Counted from the stretch's first letter, positions 30,035 to 40,673 are shown. The stretch: DNA of 64,000 nucleotides from an uncultured virus (IMG/VR IMGVR_UViG_3300005201_000018) (IMGVR_UViG_3300005201_000018); one strand, 5' to 3'. Made by a program: numbers and translations. Notes: generated by a model not told the origin, from the sequence alone.

Positions 30035-30838
30035 ATGCCTTACGGAAATAACAGGGCAGCGGCACACCCGCGCGCCACGTTTCAAACAGCTGGCGGCTGT
30101 ATTATTAAATACCGGCACCCATATTTATCAGGACAGATAAACGGCGTGGGTACAGACGAGGTGGACGTATCGCGTGCGCTGAAGCTCAACGAAACATTCC
30201 TTGACGCTAATCCGGCACAGGATAACGCTATCATGGAGACATTGGTTGACGGGTCAACGATAACTATTACAAATCATCTGCTTTCAGGCACCCTATCGCT
30301 TCAAGTGCTTAGGACTACCGGTCTTGTTGGCACAGGAGACTTTATTGCGGCGCTGCACCTGGTTATCGCGTCCAAGGATGGCCTAGGAGGAACACTCACC
30401 GTTATTGAGACAATTGACGGAAAGCGTCTTGTAACTATTTTTTACGGTGTTTCCTGTAAGCAGGTTCCACATTTGAAGAAAGCAGGTAATGCCGTCATCA
30501 CATACCCTGTTACGCTTAACTATGCCGGTTGGGTGCAGGGCGTGTCTGCGAATCTTGCGGTTAATGAACAGCATATCTGGGCCGTTGGCAACAAATACGG
30601 ACTTAGCGGCGTCTATAAACCGTTTGCTATCCAGGAAGCGGAAAACGATGCTGATTTCTACGGTGGCAAGCCACTTCCTGCCGCAGTTGTTAGTAAAGAC
30701 GGAACTAGTGTGTATACCGTTGGAGCAGACAACGCTGATAGTCCTTCTGGAGACCGGGAGGACACTGCTGTACTTCCTGATCCAGGGGACGGGGTATCAG
30801 ATACACCAGAGCCATCGACGCATACCTGGGAGACATAA
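30035..30838 (+). CDS. Tail tube protein
   Basis: After sheath; DGS..ITN...SGTLSL tube-like motif; strong RBS. Confidence 0.65.
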   Translation: MPYGNNRAAAHPRATFQTAGGCIIKYRHPYLSGQINGVGTDEVDVSRALKLNETFLDANPAQDNAIMETLVDGSTITITNHLLSGTLSLQVLRTTGLVGTGDFIAALHLVIASKDGLGGTLTVIETIDGKRLVTIFYGVSCKQVPHLKKAGNAVITYPVTLNYAGWVQGVSANLAVNEQHIWAVGNKYGLSGVYKPFAIQEAENDADFYGGKPLPAAVVSKDGTSVYTVGADNADSPSGDREDTAVLPDPGDGVSDTPEPSTHTWET

Positions 30839-30850
30839 AAAAGGGGTCCC

Positions 30851-30908
30851 ACGGGCAGCGGGCAGGTTTCAAACTCCTTGTCCTGCCTGCTGCCTGTTTT
30901 TTATTTTT
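30851..30908 (+). terminator. Terminator-like hairpin with anti-RBS segment
   Basis: 16-bp stem 30851-66/30882-97 (with G-U pairs) followed by T runs. Confidence 0.7.
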
Positions 30909-30931
30909 ACAAGGAGGACAAGGAGTTCATT

Positions 30932-31120
30932 ATGGGCGAAGATATACGGCAGTTTCATAACCCAGAGGATAACTGCATCTACTTTTACGATAAGCGGAAA
31001 CAATGCTATCGAAAGATTTGTGATGTAGCTTCGTTTGCTGATCTACCAAGCGCAGTAAAACAACAGATTGTTGCTGCGAAGAAAGATGCTGAAAGCATAG
31101 TTGGTCTGCCAACTGAATAA
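30932..31120 (+). CDS. Small hypothetical protein
   Basis: Double AAGGAG RBS before ATG 30932. Confidence 0.65.
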   Translation: MGEDIRQFHNPEDNCIYFYDKRKQCYRKICDVASFADLPSAVKQQIVAAKKDAESIVGLPTE

Positions 31121-31138
31121 CAACACAAGGAGATTTAT

Positions 31139-31824
31139 ATGAGCGAAAAAACTATCCAGGAAGCAGTGCGGGAAATACCGAAATCTTTTATTCTCGATGC
31201 CTCTGTTTTCGATATGCAGGAAACCTACGAGATAATGAAAGAGGACATAAAGCAGAACCGCATTGAGTTTCAGTTTCCTGAAGGATTAAATCAAGTTGAC
31301 CTTCTTGAAGAGTGCCGTGCGCTTTCAAAGCTCGATGACTTTGACACCATGTATGACTTGACTATGCAGATGCTTGAAGGAAAGCCGCTGCTTATCTTGA
31401 TAAAGAATTATGACGGGTCAAAAACAGTGCTTGCCAACTTCCAAATTACCGACCGGTACATGAACTTACGCGGGGAGGAGGCGATTAACCGCTACCCTAT
31501 TTTGGTAACATGGTTAACCGAGTTTATTGGGGTGCACCTCTCAAAAAAATTTCCGGTGCCTACAGGAAGTCAGCTGCAAGCGCAGGCACCGAAGAACAAC
31601 AAGGTTCGCAGCAAGAGAGCGCAGCAAGCAACTTCATAATTAAAGAACATTTTGGAGAAAATGTGCTGCTCTATGTGTGCTATGACTATTTTCACGAGTT
31701 GCATAGAAGTCCGAAGGACTGGCAAGATGTTTTTGACTTCTTAAAGTATAGCAAGACAAAAGGATCATTGAAAGAAGCCGCTTTTGAGGCGGCAAAAGCA
31801 GCATCGGGGGCAAAAAGTGGATAG
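31139..31824 (+). CDS. Tail assembly chaperone (31139-31639) with probable -1 frameshift extension to 31824
   Basis: Precedes tape measure; A AAA AAA at 31543-31549; open -1 frame to 31824. Confidence 0.6.
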
Positions 31825-34606
31825 GACTACATCTCGGCGGATGTTCAATGAATTTTCCTCTGAAGTTGACCTTAACAGCCCTGACGGTATGCTGCGGTCA
31901 AAAGATGTAGACAGTTATATTGAAAATGCTCTGAAGCCGCTTTTTGAAGAAGGAAAGGCATTTAAGCAGGTTCGAGTTAATAGGCGAACTGGGGCCAGGA
32001 CAACTCGTTATGCCTTTCAGGGCGGAAAAAAAATACAAGATAGCGTAAAGGCAGTCCTTGATAATATGCACGCAGCGCTGGGGTACGATGTTGACCCTGC
32101 GACAGGCAACGTGATGGGCACAAACGCGCCGCCGCCCATGTCGATAACAAATTTAGGCAGACACAACTACAACGAGACCAGGGAGCGAATCCTGGACCCA
32201 CGTACTGCCGCAGCTATTAAGGCACAAGCCCAGCGCGTTGGCGGATCGTCAACGACAAACAAAGCGACAGGTATCACAACTACACTTGTCCGGGCAGGAC
32301 TGTCGGGTGAAACACGTGCAATGCGCCAACTGGTTGACGATACTGATCAAAAGTATCTTGAAGGCCAGCTTCCTTCTTCTGCTTTAGCTGACGGCGCAAG
32401 CCCTGCTTCTGTACAGGAACGTGCGAGGGCGAAAGTTAACAGGCGTGAGGCTATAAGGGATGCCGAGCGACAGGCTAGAGCAGACTATATTCGTTTGAAC
32501 CCTGCGAGTCAGCTTGCTGTTGATGAGGCTATTAGGATGCAACACGTAACAGATAGGGCAACAAGGCAGAGGCTGCTTAGAGCTGAACGGACGCCGGGTA
32601 CACAGGAATTTCAAGGCGCTGTGGATCGTCGCTTACATAAACGCAGCGCAACAAATAAGGCAATGCTGCAATGGGCTAAAAAAAACAAGAAAGATCCGGT
32701 AGCGAAGCAAATACTAAAAGGCGCTAAGGGCGGATCATTGCTTAGTAAAATGAAAAGCGCGGTGTGGTTTACTGCGATTATCGAAACTGTTAAGAAAGTT
32801 TATTCGACGCTCGCTAAAGTGGCGGGTGTTGTATTTAACGTAGGCACCGACTTACATGATATGAAAATGCGTAACGCGGTTTACAACATAACAAGCGGTG
32901 ATGCTAAAGAGATGGTTCTACAAGCAGAGTTTATGCGGCTGCCTGACAGTGTGTTTAGTAATTCGCTTGGTGTACTTAGTTCAATGCTTTCAGGTCCGCG
33001 TGCCGCTGAAGGACTAAACAGGATTCTTACCATAACGGCACCAATGTCTGCGAACCAAGGTAATAAAACCATAGATGAAAGTGTTGCTCTTTTCTTGCAT
33101 GATCACAGGGATAACCCGGTATTATTATTGAAAGCTATACTATCCGAGGCTTTTGCGAACATTGTGGAAGGTGCTGATGAACTCGGCATGGATGTTGGGG
33201 AGTATGCTGCAAGTAGATCGTTGATAGAAAAAATGAGCGAAATTAGCCCGAGTATTGCTGCTATTTTAAACACCATGATCGAAGGTTATCGAGCAGCACC
33301 GGAATTAAAAAACGCTGTTGCCGGTGCTGTGAAAAATGGGAATTGGTACGATGCTGTTAGAGAGATTATTTTTCATGCCGGACGTTCAGAGGCACTAGCA
33401 AAGCTTGCGCCTCAAAGTACACGGAATGTTGCTGACAGTGTGCATGAGTTGATGAACAACATTATAGTATCTCTCAACGGAATGTGGGATGCCTTGTTAG
33501 TAAACTTATTAGCGAGTTTAAAACCGCTTACTTTGTTTGTTGAGGGATTGCTTAGATGGGTAGTCGGTTTACCGGGTGTAAGGAGCATACCTGGCATCGC
33601 TACATTTGCGCACAAATGGGATGAGGAGAACAAAACTCTAAATGACAGTTTACGGGCAGAGAATGATTCTGCCATAAAAGCACAAGAAATTGCGCTAGAG
33701 TTAATGAGTAGCAGATTAGGCGTCGATCCAAAAAAGTTGCCGGACATGATAAGAGATTTCACAGATATAGGGAAACTGCCAGATCAGTTTAAGGCAAAAG
33801 GAGAACAAGGACTAAAGGAATTTTTGGGACTGTTGGTGCTTAAAGGAAGCCTTGAACATAACAAGGATCTGGATACAGCGTTTAATGACGCATACGAAAG
33901 ATACTACGAGGGTAAAGGTATGTCTCTTATTGCTGGATCAACTCTTGATGAAAAAGCAGTGTTTGCCACAGGTTTGGTGCATAAGGCTACAAAACAATAC
34001 TATCATAACGTGTTGAAACCAGCAAATAAATTATTTACACAGGAAGATTATGATAAGGAGATCAAGAGAATAAAGGAAAAACACGTTAATAACGCAAGAG
34101 TAACTGTTCTTCTTCCGGTTCAAGACACAATGTCGTTTGAGCAAGTATGGAATGCAATTAGTGATCCTAGTAGCGAATGGTATGCACCTTATAATAAAAC
34201 AGTCCGGGAGGGTGGTGATAAAGAGCTCGTTGACCAACTCAAAGATGTAAAAGCTATGTTGGACGGTATTTCTGGTCCGACCATGCGCGCAGAAAGATTT
34301 GTAGAAGATCTTATGGATGATGTTGGATCACCATTTGATCTGCTTAATCGAGTTTATTCTGATATGGCAAATCAAAATGCACTTGGTTTGTTAGGTAGTG
34401 CAGAGGCAACTTGGATATTTAACGCTCTGAAAGGAAACCAGGATTTCACACTAACTATAATCGACAATGCCGGCGTAATAGGTCCGCGTGGAAAGCCGTA
34501 TAAATTCACGGGGCAAAATAGATCTCAAGTAACTGTTCAAACTACCTCACGAGGCGGCCCTAGTTTTAGTGCGTCCAGTGAAGCGCCAGGTAAGCCGGAG
34601 TTATAA
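31817..34606 (+). CDS. Tape measure protein
   Basis: ~930-aa helical, Ala/Leu-rich ORF after the chaperone; start uncertain. Confidence 0.7.
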   Translation: MDRTTSRRMFNEFSSEVDLNSPDGMLRSKDVDSYIENALKPLFEEGKAFKQVRVNRRTGARTTRYAFQGGKKIQDSVKAVLDNMHAALGYDVDPATGNVMGTNAPPPMSITNLGRHNYNETRERILDPRTAAAIKAQAQRVGGSSTTNKATGITTTLVRAGLSGETRAMRQLVDDTDQKYLEGQLPSSALADGASPASVQERARAKVNRREAIRDAERQARADYIRLNPASQLAVDEAIRMQHVTDRATRQRLLRAERTPGTQEFQGAVDRRLHKRSATNKAMLQWAKKNKKDPVAKQILKGAKGGSLLSKMKSAVWFTAIIETVKKVYSTLAKVAGVVFNVGTDLHDMKMRNAVYNITSGDAKEMVLQAEFMRLPDSVFSNSLGVLSSMLSGPRAAEGLNRILTITAPMSANQGNKTIDESVALFLHDHRDNPVLLLKAILSEAFANIVEGADELGMDVGEYAASRSLIEKMSEISPSIAAILNTMIEGYRAAPELKNAVAGAVKNGNWYDAVREIIFHAGRSEALAKLAPQSTRNVADSVHELMNNIIVSLNGMWDALLVNLLASLKPLTLFVEGLLRWVVGLPGVRSIPGIATFAHKWDEENKTLNDSLRAENDSAIKAQEIALELMSSRLGVDPKKLPDMIRDFTDIGKLPDQFKAKGEQGLKEFLGLLVLKGSLEHNKDLDTAFNDAYERYYEGKGMSLIAGSTLDEKAVFATGLVHKATKQYYHNVLKPANKLFTQEDYDKEIKRIKEKHVNNARVTVLLPVQDTMSFEQVWNAISDPSSEWYAPYNKTVREGGDKELVDQLKDVKAMLDGISGPTMRAERFVEDLMDDVGSPFDLLNRVYSDMANQNALGLLGSAEATWIFNALKGNQDFTLTIIDNAGVIGPRGKPYKFTGQNRSQVTVQTTSRGGPSFSASSEAPGKPEL

Positions 34607-35038
34607 ACCAAAGGATCTAAATAGCCGCCTCATAGTGTACAATATATCATATTGATACCCTTTTTCAAAAGTTTTGTTGTGCGTCGTACAGTACCCATCA
34701 TCTCGTGAAAAAAAGTTTATGCCAAAATTATAGTCGCCCCCATCATATCGCTCTGGCGATTTTGTTACGAAAATCCTAATGTAGACAGTATTTTCATACC
34801 ATATTTGAATGTAGAGCCTACCATCTGAATTTTTCGTTATAATCTGGTTGCTATCGTAGGCGCGTCCACCTAAAGAAATTATTTCTATATGGAGGCTATA
34901 AAAATTATCGTAGTCATTTTTGTCCACAAATGCCTCGACCTGTTCCATACAGCTCTTTATCGTGTTAGAAGTAAGAGGGCCAGAAAAAGCAACCATGCCT
35001 ACTAAAATAAACACTGCCAAAAGCCAATATTTCTTCAT
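34601..35038 (-). CDS. Secreted/periplasmic moron protein
   Basis: Signal peptide MKKYWLLAVFILVGMVAFS; own promoter TTGAAA-17-TATAGT; antisense to the tail operon. Confidence 0.8.
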   Translation of the reverse strand: MKKYWLLAVFILVGMVAFSGPLTSNTIKSCMEQVEAFVDKNDYDNFYSLHIEIISLGGRAYDSNQIITKNSDGRLYIQIWYENTVYIRIFVTKSPERYDGGDYNFGINFFSRDDGYCTTHNKTFEKGYQYDILYTMRRLFRSFGL

Positions 35039-35105
35039 ACAATTCCTCCTTGTGTCCCTAACTATACCGCTTTACTCACACTTTTTCAACACCCTCCCGG
35101 CAGAT

Positions 35106-35187
35106 AAAAACCCGGCCCTTGCGGGGCCGGGTTGTGGCAGAGGAGGCTATTTCGAACTTTAGTCCGCTGCCGCCTCCCCTAGTGGCA
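35106..35187 (-). ncRNA. Putative small RNA 2
   Basis: Promoter TTGAAA(35221-16)-17-TATATT(35198-93); ~80-nt body with no convincing ORF; GC hairpin plus T5 terminator at 35106-35133. Confidence 0.55.
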
Positions 35188-35241
35188 TCTTAAATATACC
35201 CCTTCTCTTCTGTTTTTTCAACCTATTTTTGTCCCAAATTC

Positions 35242-35269
35242 TTGACTTTTTCACTTTTCATGGTACGGT
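35242..35269 (+). promoter_or_regulatory. Late promoter motif 4
   Basis: TTGACT-16 nt-TACGGT. Confidence 0.75.
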
Positions 35270-35291
35270 TTCGTAGCATGGAGGTAGATAT

Positions 35292-36236
35292 ATGCCCGGA
35301 GGTCCGGTAAACGGCAGTGCATTTTACGGCCTGTCCAAGGATTCTAAAGCCATTATTGTCCCGACAGTTCTCCAGATGGCCACCGACGCCCTGAACTACT
35401 GGACCAGTATTACCTGTCTTTACGACCGCTGGTGGGAGCCGGATTCTGATAAAGTAACCCTCCCTATCTGCATGTTCCATGTCAAGAAAATAACTCCCAC
35501 CCGGACTGTTGAAACCTCCAAAAAGCGCGTAATCCTCTATGAGCCACAACAGGATAACAAGGCCGACACCAAGGATGTGGCTGACCAGATGCGGCGCGGT
35601 GTCGTCCAGACCATTGTAGATAATGCCGTAAAGCAGCCTACAACGTACAATGTGGAGGCCATAGTACCTTTCCAGCCGGTAAGCCGCTATGTAACCGAGG
35701 GCCTTAAAATGATCCCTGATATGGTTACGGCCATGTCTGATCTGGTCGGCGGCGATGTTTCAGCCAAGTTTACCGATGTGTGGGAAACTGCTTTTTCTTC
35801 TGTTTTTGCGGTAAATGAGGTTATAGGGCAGGTAGCGGAGTATGCCGGAAAGCTGCCCAGTATGGATAATGTTTCGTTCATCAATATGAACTCACTTGAA
35901 GCTATGGCAGATAGCTGCCGGACGCTCTGTATGAAGATGTGGACCGGGTTTGACTACAAATACGTAATCATTACTGGAATGACGCAGGATAAACAGCCCA
36001 CAGAGGACGATGTGTTTCGGGTGTCGTTGACACTTCAGGAAATGCCGGTGCTTACGATAGCACGTCCAGGTGATGCCAAACCACCCGCTATCAAGCGGAA
36101 TTTTGCTGTGACTGCTATCAGTGCGACGCAAAGCGCCTTGGTTGCCCCGTTGATTGGCTGGACAGGTGTGAAAAAGGCCGCCAATGATACATTGTCCGCT
36201 AAGGATATGATCGGCGACATGCTGTACGGGAGATAG
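35292..36236 (+). CDS. Probable tail tube initiator/baseplate protein
   Basis: Position; IVDNAVKQP and SLTLQEMPV motifs. Confidence 0.55.
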   Translation: MPGGPVNGSAFYGLSKDSKAIIVPTVLQMATDALNYWTSITCLYDRWWEPDSDKVTLPICMFHVKKITPTRTVETSKKRVILYEPQQDNKADTKDVADQMRRGVVQTIVDNAVKQPTTYNVEAIVPFQPVSRYVTEGLKMIPDMVTAMSDLVGGDVSAKFTDVWETAFSSVFAVNEVIGQVAEYAGKLPSMDNVSFINMNSLEAMADSCRTLCMKMWTGFDYKYVIITGMTQDKQPTEDDVFRVSLTLQEMPVLTIARPGDAKPPAIKRNFAVTAISATQSALVAPLIGWTGVKKAANDTLSAKDMIGDMLYGR

Positions 36237-36238
36237 GT

Positions 36239-36553
36239 ATGGAAATTACGTTAAAGCCAGGGCTGTTCACAAACAATAAGTACGCAGTGTCTTATGGTAA
36301 CAGGGACGCCCTCTTCACTATTGTTGATGAGGAGTTTGCCGGGAACAATACTTTGGGCAGGATTAACAGAATTACGGTCTTGGTACGAATACAGGACAAG
36401 ACCGGAAAAGAAGACGTACGGCTCTGTACAACAGTTATCGGGTTGGGCGACGGGGTTGTCGGCATTTACAGTGAAGACCCGGCGCTAAAGGGTAAAGTTA
36501 TGACAAAGGACAATATGGAATCGTGCGTGGTGGTGCTCTACGAAGATGAGTAA
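36239..36553 (+). CDS. Small baseplate-region protein
   Basis: Position; coupled to the next gene. Confidence 0.5.
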   Translation: MEITLKPGLFTNNKYAVSYGNRDALFTIVDEEFAGNNTLGRINRITVLVRIQDKTGKEDVRLCTTVIGLGDGVVGIYSEDPALKGKVMTKDNMESCVVVLYEDE

Positions 36554-38345
36554 TATTTTTGGCGGGACATTCGTCAAGGAAGGCCAGAAGAGCCTTGAGC
36601 GCGACGCAGATGACCTTTATGACAAAATTATAAACCTCAAGTTTCTGTGTGGAGGAAAGGGAGGTCCCAACGGTACTCCGCGCACCTTTACCATACGCAG
36701 CGACTGGGAAGCTGTGCACCATAAGGACGGTACAACAAGTTTTGAAGTGTGCACTCAAAAGCCTGACATTAAAGTTGAATACAAACAAGTGGCAGACAGT
36801 GTTGCTATTGAGGTAAATATTTATGTCACCAACTATTTCATGGGCGACGGTGATACTTTAGGAGATGACAGTATTTTTACACATGGCGGCGAAGCAGTAC
36901 AGTGGTGCACGATACAAATGGGCTACCGTGGGCAGTTTCCAAAGCCGCGCAATATGGATGAGTATTACGCGCTTGCTTCTGAAAAGGACTTACAGCGGGG
37001 AAAGCAAATACGTGCAATGATTTTAACTGCGTACCCGCAATCGTTCCCTCCCGACAGGGTTGTTTACTTCCAGGGCATCATTGGAAACATGGAGACAGGT
37101 TTTCGTTGGCAGCACACAGAAGCCGACCTTGTTCCGGGATATGGAGATCCGCATTTTCCAGAAAAGTTATCAGAAATAGGCGGTTCGTTGTTCCAGCTTG
37201 TAACACGACGTTTTATACGTCCAATTATATACCATAACACAAAACCAACTGAAAAGCAGACTGACAAGGAAATATATGTCTTTGAAGACGAAAAGTGGAA
37301 AAAGATTACTCCTTTAGAGAGCGGTATACTATCTATCGAAGACGCCGAGAAGTACGGCATACTTTGCCACCTTTCAAAAACATTGCAGGAGCTGAAACCA
37401 AATGCGTTGTTTAGTTATGGCGCAACGCCTGAACAGGCTGAAAACATGAAGCTCATACCACCGGCGCAATTTAATGTACAAGAAAATAAGGTTGGCGGCC
37501 AGCTTACCGCCTTTCAACAGGCTTACCCGTTTCTGCGCTGGTATGAACTTATGGACGGAAGCTACTATTTTTATCATGTAAAAGAGAGTGACGAAGACTT
37601 ATGGAGTGATCCGTATGTAAAGGACATGCAGAATGAAGGCAAGGGTGTTGTTCCATTACCGGCTATATATGACATGACGCCTGCCGGCACCAGGAACATA
37701 CGATGTCCATTTGTCTCATTCATAAGCCCTATGACAACGCTTCTTTTTCAAAGCAGGTATATTGTGGGAACCTTAGTAAGCTATTTTTATCCTCCGAAAA
37801 CAAACGCTTTTTTGGCAATTATCAGTGATGTTAAATTTGCCACGGTTCAGGACGACAACATAATGGATATCATGTGCGTGGACTTGCCGCCTAAAGAGGT
37901 TGTGTATGAAAATGGTGCTATCAAGGTACGTAAAAGGCCAACAGAAGTAAAGATAAATAATAAAAAGACATTCCTTACACCTAAAGACTTAGAGTGGGAG
38001 AAGGTAACTTTAACTGTTACAGAGATCGCATCCATTCGTGAGCCGACGCACGTACCGCCGAGTTGGGTATACATAGCCAACAAGGTGTTTTCTACCAAAG
38101 ATGAAGACCGCTGGACCAATGGAACAACTATTACATTAAAAAAAGCACTCGAATACCTTGTCGAGTGGAACCAAACCTATTTCAACGACGGCGCAATTAT
38201 GGCACGCGGTAACAATCCAGAGAATAATGATGTCTTTATAGCAAGCACAGGTATAAAAGTGCCTGTGCTTGAACCGGGAGACAAAATCATTACTAAAAGC
38301 CCGTTCCAGAGCCATTATCCAAACGAAGCGGAGAAAAGGAAGTAA
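36546..38345 (+). CDS. Probable baseplate hub protein
   Basis: Position; IQMGY and VYFQGII motifs. Confidence 0.55.
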   Translation: MSNIFGGTFVKEGQKSLERDADDLYDKIINLKFLCGGKGGPNGTPRTFTIRSDWEAVHHKDGTTSFEVCTQKPDIKVEYKQVADSVAIEVNIYVTNYFMGDGDTLGDDSIFTHGGEAVQWCTIQMGYRGQFPKPRNMDEYYALASEKDLQRGKQIRAMILTAYPQSFPPDRVVYFQGIIGNMETGFRWQHTEADLVPGYGDPHFPEKLSEIGGSLFQLVTRRFIRPIIYHNTKPTEKQTDKEIYVFEDEKWKKITPLESGILSIEDAEKYGILCHLSKTLQELKPNALFSYGATPEQAENMKLIPPAQFNVQENKVGGQLTAFQQAYPFLRWYELMDGSYYFYHVKESDEDLWSDPYVKDMQNEGKGVVPLPAIYDMTPAGTRNIRCPFVSFISPMTTLLFQSRYIVGTLVSYFYPPKTNAFLAIISDVKFATVQDDNIMDIMCVDLPPKEVVYENGAIKVRKRPTEVKINNKKTFLTPKDLEWEKVTLTVTEIASIREPTHVPPSWVYIANKVFSTKDEDRWTNGTTITLKKALEYLVEWNQTYFNDGAIMARGNNPENNDVFIASTGIKVPVLEPGDKIITKSPFQSHYPNEAEKRK

Positions 38346-38349
38346 TAAA

Positions 38350-39399
38350 ATGGACCTAAGCGCTTTCCAACTTCTTAAACACAACGCACGCACCAACACT
38401 GCAACACGCCTCCATGACACACCTATAGTCCACTATGGGCGCATTATTAAAGTGATTGACATACAGACCGTTATTGTGGAGGCGATTATCCAGATTTCAA
38501 TATCAAAAGAGGTATACACTGTTACCCTCCTAAATCTTTCTTCTGCTCTCCTTGAGGTAAACGCATGGCCAAAGATTGGTGATAAGGTCTTGCTGCTCTT
38601 TTTACAACGGCATGATCCTGGAATGTTTGTCTATGAAACGGTTAAAAATTCAGATGCTACCGGGTATAATATGTTCTCTGGTGTAGGAATTTTAATGTCT
38701 ACGGTAAAAGGATTTGCAAGCACCTTACTACAATTTTACGATGATGGCGGCGAGTCTGCTGTGTCAATGAGAAGCAATGCAAAGTGGTCTGCAACATTCA
38801 ATACAGAGCTGGCAATAACATTTTGCAGGGCGGTTTTTAATAGTGAAGATGAAACGCTTATCAGCATGTTCTTTGGTGAAGGTCGTCCACTCATACAGCG
38901 ATTTCTTTCCAAGGTTACAAGGGAATATGGCTGCTGGGAAGACAATGACGGAAATCTCGTTGAGGTTGACGCTGCCGTAACCGAGACGTACAGCCAATAC
39001 GCTCCTATTACCAAGAACATCCAGGGTACGCAAGACTATATAATAGGCACCGATAAAAACGGTAATCCAACCCCGGCTTCCATAGAAGTAGAGCTTGATT
39101 CTGACGCGGATATTATTGTAACCAGTAAGTCCTGTCTTGACGCGGTTTTTAAGGAATCTATAACCCTAAGAACCGACAGTACAGCGCTGATAGAAATTAG
39201 CAATGCTATAGACAGTCTTGGTGCGCTGGTAAGTGAGTTTATTGATTTGGTAACAGAGCTTAATGACATAACAACCAACCTTGACACGACTGGTACTGCT
39301 GCGGCCCAGTCTACAGGGCCTGTGGCCAAGCCGCAATTACTGGCACTTAAAGTGAAGCTTTCAACATTTAAGAGCAAGTGGGGGCAAGTGTTTTCATAA
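38350..39399 (+). CDS. Probable baseplate spike protein
   Basis: N-terminal OB-fold motif PKIGDKVLLLF, beta-rich C-terminal half. Confidence 0.6.
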   Translation: MDLSAFQLLKHNARTNTATRLHDTPIVHYGRIIKVIDIQTVIVEAIIQISISKEVYTVTLLNLSSALLEVNAWPKIGDKVLLLFLQRHDPGMFVYETVKNSDATGYNMFSGVGILMSTVKGFASTLLQFYDDGGESAVSMRSNAKWSATFNTELAITFCRAVFNSEDETLISMFFGEGRPLIQRFLSKVTREYGCWEDNDGNLVEVDAAVTETYSQYAPITKNIQGTQDYIIGTDKNGNPTPASIEVELDSDADIIVTSKSCLDAVFKESITLRTDSTALIEISNAIDSLGALVSEFIDLVTELNDITTNLDTTGTAAAQSTGPVAKPQLLALKVKLSTFKSKWGQVFS

Positions 39400-39418
39400 A
39401 CACGAGTATTTTTGACCA

Positions 39419-39452
39419 AAAGTATTGACTTTTTTGTTTTTAGTGGTACGGT
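39419..39452 (+). promoter_or_regulatory. Late promoter motif 5
   Basis: AAAGTA-TTGACT-16 nt-TACGGT. Confidence 0.8.
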
Positions 39453-39473
39453 TTTGCAGAAGGAGGATTAGGT

Positions 39474-40673
39474 ATGGCGTTGCAGGTTAAAAGCCTTGAC
39501 GAAGAGACAAACGAGCTCGCTGATATATATGATGAGCTTATAAAGCCAAAAAAGCTCTTCCGTAACCACAATAACAAGCTGTATCTGGCACTGCGAGCTT
39601 TTGCAGCCGGAAAAGCTGGTCTTATGGATGCGGCTTTAGCGCTGCATAACAAGTTTGACCCTCGTTATTGTGAGGATATTGACCTTTACTCGACAGCGAA
39701 ACTGGTAGGAACGGAGTTCAAGAAGGGTTCCGGCAGCCTGCTTTATATTACTGTTACCAACACGAGCCAGCAACAGTCCTATGTTCTCTATGCGGGAACA
39801 TACAACTATCAGTCTTCGAGCGGCATGATCTTTTCTTTTGAACTACCGACTGATTATTCTTTCGACCCTGAAGAGGAAAAACTTGTCATAGCTGTTTCAA
39901 GCGAAAAGGGAAAGTTTGAGGTTACAAGCAGTGCCGATATTGCGTTATTCCGTACCGACAATGATCCGATTAACAAAAATTTTTCTTTTTCCTGTCAAGA
40001 CAATGCAGGGCAACTAGGGTATGAGGATGAAACACCATTTGACTTCCGTACGCGCATTTTGAACGATGTAGATCGCCAAGACCATATTAAAGAGCTTGAA
40101 ATAAAAATACGAAATTTGCCGGGTATTCTTGAGTGTACTTTAGTTGTAAATGAGGATACAGTCCAGCAAGAATATGATTCTATAATGTTAGCCCCAAAAG
40201 AGTTGTTGATAATGATAACCGGTTCTCCAACAGATGATATAGCAAGGTTAGTTTGCGAGACCGTACTGTATGATACACATCAGACAGATCCGTCGTTAGT
40301 AACTTATTATTATAACGATTCATACATAAATGGACGTCGTCCTGTTTACTATAAATTCCATGATACTACTGATTTCTCTCTTTCGATAAGCTATGAATAT
40401 AACAGCGACACTCTGAAACCGGCACTAATAGAAGCGGCGATGCTTGGGTTGTTTAAGCCATATACATGTATGGCAACACATCTTTCTTTGTTCAACGAGC
40501 ATGATGCGTATAAAATTTTGCAAAATCTAGATATGCCCGGCGTAGTAATTTTGAACGTCGATGTTTTTAACGACCAAAATGAAGATGTCCCCTATATAAG
40601 GATTCCCAAGACAAGGCTGCCACATTTAACCGGCATATCATTTAGCGCTGTCGTATCAGGAGGTGCTCTATGA
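39474..40673 (+). CDS. Baseplate J-like wedge protein
   Basis: GYEDETPFDFRTRI and IRNLPGI motifs. Confidence 0.75.
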   Translation: MALQVKSLDEETNELADIYDELIKPKKLFRNHNNKLYLALRAFAAGKAGLMDAALALHNKFDPRYCEDIDLYSTAKLVGTEFKKGSGSLLYITVTNTSQQQSYVLYAGTYNYQSSSGMIFSFELPTDYSFDPEEEKLVIAVSSEKGKFEVTSSADIALFRTDNDPINKNFSFSCQDNAGQLGYEDETPFDFRTRILNDVDRQDHIKELEIKIRNLPGILECTLVVNEDTVQQEYDSIMLAPKELLIMITGSPTDDIARLVCETVLYDTHQTDPSLVTYYYNDSYINGRRPVYYKFHDTTDFSLSISYEYNSDTLKPALIEAAMLGLFKPYTCMATHLSLFNEHDAYKILQNLDMPGVVILNVDVFNDQNEDVPYIRIPKTRLPHLTGISFSAVVSGGAL

